Below, piece after piece: positions 1-7,309 of a DNA stretch of 37,208 nucleotides. How positions within the stretch are numbered: the stretch's first letter is position 1; the number at the start of each line of letters is the position of its first letter. A model generated the notes under the pieces. That model was not told the origin of the DNA and made no database searches. It worked only from the letters and a program-made list of their open reading frames with translations. The stretch comes from a virus. Its lineage: Duplodnaviria > Caudoviricetes. The stretch is from the IMG/VR virus record IMGVR_UViG_3300016474_000918, positions 1-37,208 of that record. One strand, written 5' to 3'. A program made the position numbers and the translations under genes.

Positions 1-49
1 CATCCCGTATCTGAGCCCCGCACCGGGCAATTCGTGCTGTCACTGACAC

Positions 50-643
50 TCACGGCGCGGCCAGCACGGTGCCATCGAGCAACTTCGTGCCGTCCGCAAA
101 ATTCCGCAGGTTCGTCGTGGTGACGCGGGCGATTTCCGTGAGCGCCTCGCGGGTGAGAAACGCCTGGTGCGACGTCACGAGCACGTTCGGAAAGGTCAGC
201 AGGCGCGTCAGTTCGTCGTCCTGCAACACTTCGCCCGAGTGGTCCTCGAAGAACAGTCCTTCCTCCTCCTCGTAAACATCCAGCGCCACGCCGCCGAGCT
301 GGCCGGACTTGAGCGCCGCGAGGACCGCCGTGGTGTCAATCAGCTTGCCACGTCCGGTGTTGACGACATACGCGCCGGGCTTCATCTGGGCGATGGTCTC
401 CTCGCGCAGCAGGTGGCGCGTCTCCGGCAGCAGCGGCAGGTGCAGCGAGACCACGTCGCTCGCGGCCAGCAGCGCAGGCAGCGTGGTGTAACTCACCTCA
501 AACCGCCGCGCCCAGTCGGCATCCGGCTGCACGTCGTAGGCCAGCACGTTCATGCCGAAGCCCCGGAGAATCTGCGCGGTCAGCCGGCCAATCTTGCCCG
601 TGCCGACAATGCCCACGGTCTTGCCGAAGAGGTCGAAGCCCAC
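50..643 (-). pseudogene. ldhA: Host 2-hydroxyacid (D-lactate) dehydrogenase, C-terminal ~197 aa only; 5' part cut off at the prophage left end
   Basis: VGFDLFGKTVGIVGTGKIG (Rossmann GxGxxG), NTGRG, LDVYEEE and TSHQAFLT motifs. Similarity stops abruptly at 643, upstream of which the frame reads RRADS instead of the expected NFSLxGL. Confidence 0.88.
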
Positions 644-654
644 TGAGTCCGCGC

Positions 655-795
655 GCCGAAACTTGGATAAATCGGAAATTGCCGCAACGGGCCGCAATTG
701 GCCGCAAAATCTAGCAGTTTTACCCCATCAGACACTCCGCCCAAACTTTGGACAGATCGCAAATGAGTCTGGCAATTCAGCGGGACTTTTAGACA
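655..795 (+). repeat. Left-end putative transposase-binding sites L1 (655-669), L2 (739-754), L3 (780-795)
   Basis: GCCGAAACTTGGATA, GCCCAAACTTTGGACA and GCGGGACTTTTAGACA. These match the inverted right-end sites, and the L1-gap-L2-L3 spacing resembles Mu attL. Confidence 0.75.
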
Positions 796-831
796 GATTG
801 GAGCGGTGCTCGACCCATCTGCAAAACCCCT

Positions 832-1368
832 TCAGAAGCCCGGCAGCAGGACTTCAGGCAAAGCCTTTTTGAGTCGGGCGCGGGGCTTGGACAGCACGGA
901 TCGGGCGGCCGCCAAGGTCTTGACCAACTCCTCGCCGCGGCGGGCCTCGGCGGACTTTTCGGGCTTTGCCAGACCGAGGGCCACGCGCTCCACCACCGCG
1001 CGGGCCCCCTTGCCCTCCTCCAGAAACTCCTCGGCCCGGATCTGGAACCGGCTCTGCACGCACTTCGCCAGATACCTCGGCCAGCTCTGCACCCCCTCCG
1101 TGTTCCCGCGCTGCCGCACCTCGGTGAGGATGTCCAGCAGCGCTTGGCGATATCGCTCCGGCGGCAGCCAAACGCCGCGCTCGTGCAGCCAGCCAGCCGG
1201 CCACAGGACCACCCAAGCCTTAATGAGGTGCTGCTCCTGGAACCAGCGCTTCTGCGCGCGCTCATCGTCGGTCAAGCTGTCCGGGTAGAACTGCCGCCGG
1301 ATCACCCCCATCAACTCGGCCACCAGCTCGGCCGGCGTCTGCTCTGGCTGGTCGGCGCGCGGCCTCAT
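832..1368 (-). CDS. Hypothetical phage protein (178 aa), last gene of the early operon
   Basis: Start MRPRADQ overlaps the polX stop (ATGA); protein-like composition. The longer upstream ORF extension overlaps polX and was trimmed. Confidence 0.7.
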   Translation of the reverse strand: MRPRADQPEQTPAELVAELMGVIRRQFYPDSLTDDERAQKRWFQEQHLIKAWVVLWPAGWLHERGVWLPPERYRQALLDILTEVRQRGNTEGVQSWPRYLAKCVQSRFQIRAEEFLEEGKGARAVVERVALGLAKPEKSAEARRGEELVKTLAAARSVLSKPRARLKKALPEVLLPGF

Positions 1369-1928
1369 CGCTCCCACGGCTCCTTGAACGGCAGGCCGAC
1401 GAACTCGAACACCTCGCGCTCGCTGGCCACCGCGCGCTCCTCGGTCCCCAGGCCCACCGGCCGGCTGAACCCGGTGCCATACGGATGCCACTGCCAGCCC
1501 ATCGCCTTGGCCGCGCTGGCGATCGCAATGTTCGACTCCCCCGGCCCCGTGCGACACACCAGGTAGTTGAACCAGTTCGCCTCCGTCGCCGCGAACAGAT
1601 CCACCGGCACGCGGCTGGCCACATGGACCGCCAGCTTGTTCTTGTCGCCCCACATGACCGACCCGTTGGCGTTGAGGCGCTTGGCCAGCACACCGGCGGC
1701 CAGCAGCCGATCCAGCACGGCATCCACCCGGCTGACCTGCTTCACGTCGAACAGCCCATCCCGCACCGTTTCCAGCTTGGGCACGAACAGGATCTCCACG
1801 TCGCCCACCTCATCCTTTCGCCGCCGCAACGAGCCGGCCACAATCAACCGGTCGGTCACCGGCTTGAGCGCATCGCACAACTCCTTGGCGACGGCCAACG
1901 CGGCCGCGCGGGGAAACCTGGTCTTCAT
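1365..1928 (-). CDS. Minimal DNA polymerase X family protein (palm + thumb only)
   Basis: VAGSLRRRKDEVGDVEIL nucleotidyltransferase motif, VPVDLF, RTGP and C-terminal SEREVFEFVGLPFKEPWER typical of the PolX thumb; coupled to neighbours by ATGA overlaps. Confidence 0.85.
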   Translation of the reverse strand: MKTRFPRAAALAVAKELCDALKPVTDRLIVAGSLRRRKDEVGDVEILFVPKLETVRDGLFDVKQVSRVDAVLDRLLAAGVLAKRLNANGSVMWGDKNKLAVHVASRVPVDLFAATEANWFNYLVCRTGPGESNIAIASAAKAMGWQWHPYGTGFSRPVGLGTEERAVASEREVFEFVGLPFKEPWER

Positions 1929-2224
1929 CGCGGGTCCAACTCAATTTTGATGCAGGCAGCGGGCAGGCCGGCCTTGTCGGGGTAGCATTCGGCCCAACCG
2001 GGGATGTTGCGCAGCGGCAGATTGTCGTAGTGGAACCCCACTACCTTGCCCGCCAGGCGCTCGGCCTTCCCGTAGCCCTTCGACAACACCCCCGCGCGGC
2101 CGATCCAGCACGTCTCCGCATTCCAACGCGGCCCGCGCAGCCGATACTCCGTGTCCTTGGTGCCCGCCTTGAACCGGTCGAAAAACTTCGCCTTGAGCGG
2201 GATGAAGAGCGGCTTGTCGCTCAC
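1925..2224 (-). CDS. ASCH/PUA-like domain protein (99 aa)
   Basis: GTG start overlapping the integrase stop; LFIPLKAKFFDRFKAGTKDTEYR matches the ASCH GxKxxExR motif, followed by LSKGYG. Confidence 0.7.
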   Translation of the reverse strand: MSDKPLFIPLKAKFFDRFKAGTKDTEYRLRGPRWNAETCWIGRAGVLSKGYGKAERLAGKVVGFHYDNLPLRNIPGWAECYPDKAGLPAACIKIELDPR

Positions 2225-3177
2225 ACCATTGCCTCCAGTGGACTCAACACATTCAACGCCTGCGGGGTCAAGTAACCGGCCGTCGTCTCCATGTTCGCGT
2301 GGCCCATCGCGGCCTGCACGTCGCGAATGTTTGCGCCGCGCTGCATCACATGGGTTGCGTAGGCGTGGCGGAGATGATGCGGCGTCACGCACAAGCCCAG
2401 CGCCCGCGCCGAATCCTTCACCGCCCGCTGCACATTCGCCTCGTGGCACCGCCAGCGCACCGTCTGGCCGGTGCGCGGATGCTGGCACGGACGAGCCGCC
2501 GGGAATACCCATGCCCATTGCCACGAGTGCGCCCAAGCCGGAAACTTCTTGGCCAGCAAACCGGGCAACGCCACCGGCAGCCCTTTGGCCTTGTCCATTT
2601 CCCACACAGCCCGCGCGTGCTTGAGTTGCGCCTTGAGTTCCGGCACCAGCGAACACGGCAGGGCCACCACGCGATCCTTGCCTCCCTTCGCGCCCCGGAT
2701 GATGAGCCGCGACTCTGCCAGCAGCACGTCCTTGACGCGCAGGTTGAGCGGCTCCGTCACGCGCAACCCCATGCCGTAAAGCATCCGCACCAAGAGCGCG
2801 GTAGGATAGCCACCCACGTCCGGCACGGCGGCGAGCAACGCGCGCACCTCGTCCACGCTCGGCGCAGTGCGGACCATAACCGGCTTCTTGGCGCGGAGCG
2901 AATCCACCTTGCCCATCTCGACTTTGAGCACCTCGCGGTAAAAGAACAGCAGCGCGCAGAAGGCTTGGTTTTGCGTGGATGCGGAAACCTCCTGCCGGGC
3001 CAACTGCGTGAGAAAGGCTTCCATCTTTTGCTCAGGCTTGGCGAGCGGATCGCATTCCTCCGACACAAAGCGAGCAAAGCGGCGAAGCCACATCGTGTAA
3101 CTCTCCTCCGTAGCCAGCGACAAGTGCCTGAGCCGCACCACGTCCCGAACCTTTTGAACCGCTTCCTCGGTTGTCAT
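2221..3177 (-). CDS. intI: Integron integrase (IntI-type tyrosine recombinase)
   Basis: N-terminal RLRHLSLATEESY and SASTQNQAFCALLFFYREVL; catalytic motifs LYGMGLRVTE, KGGKDR, HHLRH, MGH and TTAGY; integron-specific insertion LPGLLAKKFPAWAHSWQWAWVFP. Confidence 0.95.
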   Translation of the reverse strand: MTTEEAVQKVRDVVRLRHLSLATEESYTMWLRRFARFVSEECDPLAKPEQKMEAFLTQLARQEVSASTQNQAFCALLFFYREVLKVEMGKVDSLRAKKPVMVRTAPSVDEVRALLAAVPDVGGYPTALLVRMLYGMGLRVTEPLNLRVKDVLLAESRLIIRGAKGGKDRVVALPCSLVPELKAQLKHARAVWEMDKAKGLPVALPGLLAKKFPAWAHSWQWAWVFPAARPCQHPRTGQTVRWRCHEANVQRAVKDSARALGLCVTPHHLRHAYATHVMQRGANIRDVQAAMGHANMETTAGYLTPQALNVLSPLEAMV

Positions 3178-3188
3178 ATTATGCGAAC

Positions 3189-3202
3189 TGTTAAGGTGAA
3201 CT
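3189..3202. promoter_or_regulatory. Possible LexA box upstream of intI
   Basis: TGTTA-AGGT-GAACT matches 8 of 10 positions of the Verrucomicrobia-type TGTTC-N4-GAACA motif and lies 11 bp from the intI start codon. Confidence 0.4.
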
Positions 3203-3224
3203 TGTTGCCGAACCCTTGTTCGGC
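3203..3224 (+). other. attI-like site / first cassette junction (crossover G|TT at 3218/3219)
   Basis: GCCGAAC-CCTT-GTTCGGC next to the 5' end of intI. GTTCGGC is the exact complement of the R'' box of the first attC. Confidence 0.65.
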
Positions 3225-3228
3225 GGAC

Positions 3229-3483
3229 TTATCTTTGTGCCCATGCGTCCGCCGCTTCTTCGAGGTTGTTTGAAAATGCCATCGCCATGTCGTAGTCACC
3301 GCTGGCGGTGGAGTCCTGCCACAGTGCATAGGCACACGCGGCATTGTAGAGCTGGACGCCCAGCTTGTGTTGACGGTCGCCCGCCGAACCACGCGCTCCA
3401 GCCAACAGCGCTTCGCGTCTGTCGGCTTCGGAGCGCTGTTTCAGGGCGAGCGCTGTTTGCAGGTTTTCAGCTTGTTTTGTCAT
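3229..3483 (-). CDS. Cassette 1 ORF, hypothetical protein (84 aa), inverted
   Basis: Fills cassette 3219-3510; the ATG lies inside the attC1 loop. Confidence 0.65.
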   Translation of the reverse strand: MTKQAENLQTALALKQRSEADRREALLAGARGSAGDRQHKLGVQLYNAACAYALWQDSTASGDYDMAMAFSNNLEEAADAWAQR

Positions 3484-3516
3484 AGTCGCGCTGTGGCTGA
3501 GCTTGGGTCGTTAGGC
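3383..3516 (+). other. attC recombination site 1 (134 bp)
   Basis: R'' GCCGAAC, L'' GCTCCAGC, L' GCTGAGC, R' GTTAGGC. The arms GCTCCAGCCAACAGCGC / GCGCTGTGGCTGAGC pair leaving two extrahelical bases. Confidence 0.92.
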
Positions 3517-4038
3517 GGCGAAGCTCCACCGCGTTTCGTGTGTCCATCCCTTTCGGAAGTGGATTGCGCCGCACACAAAGCCGACCGGGAAGCCGACGCG
3601 ATTCCCCGGACCGTATATTCTGATTTCCTTCATCCATCCCCAGTCTTTGAGCGCGTTGAGTCTTGCCGCGCTGTTCATCGCCTTTGCTATTGGCATCAGC
3701 CATACGATGTCCGTTGCCAGCGTCATCGCGTGCGCCATGATTGCATCATACGTGCTATATGGCGGATTGCTTACAATCCAGTCCACCGGCTTTTGCCAGT
3801 CGAGGAAGTTTCGGCCTTCGCAGATTTCGCACCAGTCAGCGCCAGGCATCTCACGCCAGAACGCCCCACCACCCCGGCACGGGTCGAGGATTCGTCCAGT
3901 TGGCTTGAAGTGTTTCACGATTTCATGCGCCGTGGCGGTTGATGTCATCCACACGTCATTCGGGTTCGCGCCGCCTAACAAGGCGCTGGAGCGAATGAGA
4001 GGGAGCGAGGGCACGTCCACGTTGCAATCGAACATCAT
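3511..4038 (-). CDS. Cassette 2 ORF: small DNA amino-methyltransferase (probably N6-adenine), inverted
   Basis: Motif I ILDPCRGGGAF and motif IV IVSNPPYS. Starts in the attC2 loop (alternative start 4056); its TAA stop is part of the GTTAGGC core. Confidence 0.82.
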   Translation of the reverse strand: MMFDCNVDVPSLPLIRSSALLGGANPNDVWMTSTATAHEIVKHFKPTGRILDPCRGGGAFWREMPGADWCEICEGRNFLDWQKPVDWIVSNPPYSTYDAIMAHAMTLATDIVWLMPIAKAMNSAARLNALKDWGWMKEIRIYGPGNRVGFPVGFVCGAIHFRKGWTHETRWSFAA

Positions 4039-4077
4039 TTGCGTGCTCCCTCTCATCGCTCAGCTTGGTTGTTACCC
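3973..4077 (+). other. attC recombination site 2 (105 bp)
   Basis: R'' GCCTAAC, L'' GCTGGAGC, stem GAATGAGAGGGAGC / GCTCCCTCTCATC, L' GCTCAGC, R' GTTACCC (non-canonical, running into the phage backbone). Confidence 0.9.
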
Positions 4078-4419
4078 CACCGTCCCGTGGAATTCCCGGC
4101 GGATGCGTGCCACGCGCTCCGCCAATTCCTTGACCTGATGCTCCAGCGCGGCGCAGCAGTGGCGCACCTCGTCAGCGCTGGCGTGGCGCAGGTGGCGGTA
4201 GCCGCGCTGGCCGCTGATCACGCGCGCCGTGCGGTTGGCCCACGCGCGCACGCGCCGCTTGTTCGTCTCCGTGGCCACGATGCCCAAGGTGCCCAGCACC
4301 TCTTCCGCCGTGCGCCAGCCGCGCGCCTCCAGCAGCAACGCCTCAAACCGCCCCACCTCGTCATCCGCCGCCACAGGCGCGGCAAACAGAGGCAACTCGC
4401 TCAGGCTCGGGTTCATCAA
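4072..4419 (-). CDS. Hypothetical early protein, possibly winged-helix
   Basis: Overlaps the upstream gene (ATGA); its stop TAA lies in the GTTA core that ends the cassette array. Confidence 0.7.
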   Translation of the reverse strand: MMNPSLSELPLFAAPVAADDEVGRFEALLLEARGWRTAEEVLGTLGIVATETNKRRVRAWANRTARVISGQRGYRHLRHASADEVRHCCAALEHQVKELAERVARIRREFHGTVG

Positions 4420-5351
4420 AACGGCGCTCCTTCCTCGGCAGTTGCTTCCGCCTCAGGCCCGGCCGGCGGCTGCGGCGACGTCAGGCCCGCGCGCCGTTTC
4501 AGCTCGGCCATGGTGAAGTTGGGGTCGCGCTTTTGCTCGGCGCGCTGCTTGGTCGTGATTGCGCGCCAGACGGTCTTGAGCAGATCGTCCACCTGCGCGT
4601 CGGTGAGTTCGCGCCAGACAAACTCGGTCGGGCGCGGGCAGGCGTCGCGGAACTCCGCCACGAGCCAATCCGCCGCATCGGCCATCCGCACGTTGCCCAG
4701 CTCGCGGTGGTTCGCCTTGAGCCACTTCGGCCAGGTGAACTTGTCGGCGATGATGCTCGCCACGTAACGCCGCGCGCCGCCCAACCGGCTCCAGTGCGTC
4801 GAGTCCTGCATGAACACCGCCAGCATCGGGATCAGCTCGCGCTCGATCTTCTGCTCGCGGTTGGTCCGGCTCATGCGGCTCTGGCGCATCTGCGCGTGCA
4901 AATCGCCCGGCTTCGTGACCTTCCAGAACTCGGCGAGCAGGTTGGAAAACTGGTGGTTCCCCACGTCATCGCGCGTGATGCCGCCGCGTTGCAGGAGGGC
5001 TGCACAGGCCCGGCAAGGCCCGTCCTCGCACCCGGCCACGGCGGCGTGCAGGAACGCCGCCTCGTCGGCGTCCGGCTGCTCGGCGCGCACCGTGGCCCAC
5101 TCGCGCTGCCACATCGCCCACTGCGCCGGGCTCAGCTTGGCCGGTTGCGCCGCGCCCGCGAGCTTGGCCAGATGCGGCCGCACCTGCTGGCTGAACTCGT
5201 CATCGGTCAGCTCGCGCGTGCTGTGGATCTCGTGTCCCACCGCGACCGCGCAAACCGCGTGCAACTGCGCCCGGTCCTTGGGATCAAACCCGCGCACGTG
5301 GCAGACCTGATGCCACGCGGCGTGCAACTGGCGGTTGTGGGTGGGGGTCAT
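4416..5351 (-). CDS. GemA/gp16-like protein
   Basis: Start MTPTHNRQLH; HSTRELTDDEF resembles the GemA SxxxLTxxE motif; position in the Mu-like semi-essential region. Confidence 0.55.
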   Translation of the reverse strand: MTPTHNRQLHAAWHQVCHVRGFDPKDRAQLHAVCAVAVGHEIHSTRELTDDEFSQQVRPHLAKLAGAAQPAKLSPAQWAMWQREWATVRAEQPDADEAAFLHAAVAGCEDGPCRACAALLQRGGITRDDVGNHQFSNLLAEFWKVTKPGDLHAQMRQSRMSRTNREQKIERELIPMLAVFMQDSTHWSRLGGARRYVASIIADKFTWPKWLKANHRELGNVRMADAADWLVAEFRDACPRPTEFVWRELTDAQVDDLLKTVWRAITTKQRAEQKRDPNFTMAELKRRAGLTSPQPPAGPEAEATAEEGAPF

Positions 5352-5364
5352 GGGGAAAGGCGTT

Positions 5365-5544
5365 TCAACGGTTAAGCGCTTCGAGTTGCGCGATCCGAGC
5401 AAGTTGCCGGGGTGTTGCGAGGTTTCTGCGCGCCTCATACTTGAGGCGCAGGAGTCGACTCTCGCGCCACCTGACAATGTTCCGGCGTTTTCCGGGCCGC
5501 TCCATTTGAACGTCGCCCCGCACTTCTTTTAAGCTGTTTTCCAT
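5365..5544 (-). CDS. Small basic hypothetical protein (59 aa)
   Basis: Fills the gap between co-oriented genes; start MENSLK is 1 bp from the upstream stop. Confidence 0.5.
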   Translation of the reverse strand: MENSLKEVRGDVQMERPGKRRNIVRWRESRLLRLKYEARRNLATPRQLARIAQLEALNR

Positions 5545-5545
5545 A

Positions 5546-6103
5546 TTACGTGTGTTTTTCGGGTAATCCCTCACCTGGAGCGTTCAACGCCTCTCTCCCC
5601 GCCGCCTCCAGCTCGCGCACCAGCGCGGCAAAGGCCGCGTCCGTGTCGCACCGGTTGGCCACCACGTGCACCGAGTGCAGCACCGTGCCGTGGTCGCGGT
5701 TGAACACCTCGCCGATGTCTGCCAGCGTGAGTTCGGTCAGCTCGCGGGCGAGGTGGCAGACAATGTGCCGCGCATCCGCCACGGCCTGCGGCCGTTTGCG
5801 GCCCATGATCTGCGCGCCACTTACGCCCGTGCGGCTGGCCACCAGTTCCACCAGCACCGCGAGGCTGACCTGCGGATCGTTCGACACCTGCGCGAACGCC
5901 CGCGCGGCCCGCACGCGCAGCTTGGCCACCTCGTCGCGCAGGGCCAGCACGCGCAGCAGCTGGGCCTTCTCGGCTTCCAGCGCGCGCAGCTCGGCCCCCA
6001 CGTCCAGCCCGCGCGCGGGCGGCAACGTCCCGCCCAGCACGGCCGTGCGCAGCGCCTGCACCTCAGGCGACAACCGGCGAACACAGGTAAGGCCTTCGCT
6101 CAT
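5546..6103 (-). CDS. DnaA C-terminal (domain IV) HTH protein with N-terminal coiled coil
   Basis: IMGRKRPQAVADARHIVCHLARELTELTLADIGEVFNRDHGTVLHS matches the DnaA domain IV signature (RDHxTV). Confidence 0.85.
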   Translation of the reverse strand: MSEGLTCVRRLSPEVQALRTAVLGGTLPPARGLDVGAELRALEAEKAQLLRVLALRDEVAKLRVRAARAFAQVSNDPQVSLAVLVELVASRTGVSGAQIMGRKRPQAVADARHIVCHLARELTELTLADIGEVFNRDHGTVLHSVHVVANRCDTDAAFAALVRELEAAGREALNAPGEGLPEKHT

Positions 6104-6105
6104 GG

Positions 6106-6324
6106 TCAGCTCCAGGAAGGCGGGGTGATGCCGGCCAGCCAGCCCTCCAGCTCCGCCTGGCTGGCAAACATGCGCGTGCCCCAATGCCACTCGACCACGA
6201 CGCCGCCCGTGGGCAGCAGCCGCAGGCCGAGCAGCCCGGTGACGCGCAACGGGTCCGGCTCACCCGAGGGCCGGGCGGAATCCGGGTGCGCGCGGAGGCG
6301 GAGAAGCAGTTCGGGGTTGCTCAT
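6106..6324 (-). CDS. Hypothetical protein (72 aa)
   Basis: Tightly packed in the early operon. Confidence 0.55.
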   Translation of the reverse strand: MSNPELLLRLRAHPDSARPSGEPDPLRVTGLLGLRLLPTGGVVVEWHWGTRMFASQAELEGWLAGITPPSWS

Positions 6325-6325
6325 A

Positions 6326-6889
6326 TCAGGCGGCCATTGACAGATTCTTGTCGGCGGCGATGGGCTTGGCCTTCAGCTTCAGCTTCTTGGGCTTGAAGGT
6401 GAACGTGTCCTTCTCCTCGATCCGCAGGCCGAGCCGCGCCAGCAGCTCGGGCGGCAGCAGGGCGAGCTGCTCGCGGCGCAGTTCGCGCGTGGTCTTGACC
6501 AGGTCATCAAACCGAAACGGCGTGGCGGCCTCGGCCGGGGACACGGCTTCGATCTCTTTCACGATGCGCCGCATCACCTCGTCCTCGCTGACCTCCAGCA
6601 CCACCGACTTGGAGGCGCGCGCCTGCGCGGCCCCGTGCGGGGTTTCCTTCGTGCGGCGGTTGGCTGGGAACCATTCGGGATGCATGGCCACGAGCGCGTG
6701 CAGCTCGCGCTCCACTGCCGCGTTGGCCTCTTCCAAGGCCAGCAGGTTGGCCCCGAACTTGTCGGTGATCTTTTGAAGCCGGCCGTTGGCCTTGGCGTTG
6801 AGCTTCTCCAGCGCGTTGTCGGTGCGTTGCAGCTCGGCCAGCAGCCGGGCCAGTTTCTTCAGGTCGGGGTCAATGTTGCGTTTGCTCAT
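6326..6889 (-). CDS. gam: Mu Gam-like host-nuclease inhibitor
   Basis: N-terminal coiled coil, WF...KETPHG...R and C-terminal LARLGLRIEEKDTFTFKP; size and position fit Gam. Confidence 0.8.
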   Translation of the reverse strand: MSKRNIDPDLKKLARLLAELQRTDNALEKLNAKANGRLQKITDKFGANLLALEEANAAVERELHALVAMHPEWFPANRRTKETPHGAAQARASKSVVLEVSEDEVMRRIVKEIEAVSPAEAATPFRFDDLVKTTRELRREQLALLPPELLARLGLRIEEKDTFTFKPKKLKLKAKPIAADKNLSMAA

Positions 6890-6907
6890 AAGTGTGTCTC
6901 TCCTGGG

Positions 6908-7303
6908 TTAAAGTGTCCCCGCGCCGGGCAATGCCGGGCGGGGGTTGGCCGGCTGTGTTCCAGCGGCATGGCCGCCCCCGTTATGGGCAGCCGGCACAGG
7001 CTTTTCAAAGCGAGGCAGGCAGGTCTGGCAAATGCCGTGGCTGACTTTCAGGCCGTCGCCCGAGAGGATGGGGCCGCCCTCGGCAATGCGCGCGCTCAGC
7101 ACCGTGTTGCACCAAGCGCACACGGTGAAACTGTGCTCGGGCCGCTCGCGCGGTGGGGCCGCGTCGGCCGGGGCCGGGTTGAAATCCACGCCCGCCGCCG
7201 CGTCATCGGCATGGCGGCGCTTGGTGCCAAAGCCAATCCACAGCGACAGCGGGACGGCGCAGGCGGCGAACACGGCGGAAGCGATCAGGGTATCGGGTTG
7301 CAT
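6908..7303 (-). CDS. Hypothetical protein with N-terminal TM helix and a CxxC...HGICxxC putative zinc site
   Basis: VCAWC and SHGICQTC motifs; hydrophobic N-terminus. Confidence 0.65.
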   Translation of the reverse strand: MQPDTLIASAVFAACAVPLSLWIGFGTKRRHADDAAAGVDFNPAPADAAPPRERPEHSFTVCAWCNTVLSARIAEGGPILSGDGLKVSHGICQTCLPRFEKPVPAAHNGGGHAAGTQPANPRPALPGAGTL

Positions 7304-7309
7304 GGCAAA

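Noticed and set aside
644-697. N-terminal extension of the ldhA ORF (MRPVAAISDLSKFRRADS)
   Set aside because: Fortuitous read-through into phage end DNA; it cannot replace the missing substrate-binding domain.
2221-3177. Tyrosine recombinase as the prophage integrase or a Gin-like invertase
   Set aside because: It has the IntI-specific insertion and adjacent attC sites; the prophage has Mu-type ends and no attL/attR core duplication.
3367-3942. Plus-strand ORFs (3216-3485, 3367-3942, 3647-4138) as conventional forward cassette genes
   Set aside because: They cross cassette boundaries and lack motifs, whereas the minus frame carries clear MTase motifs.
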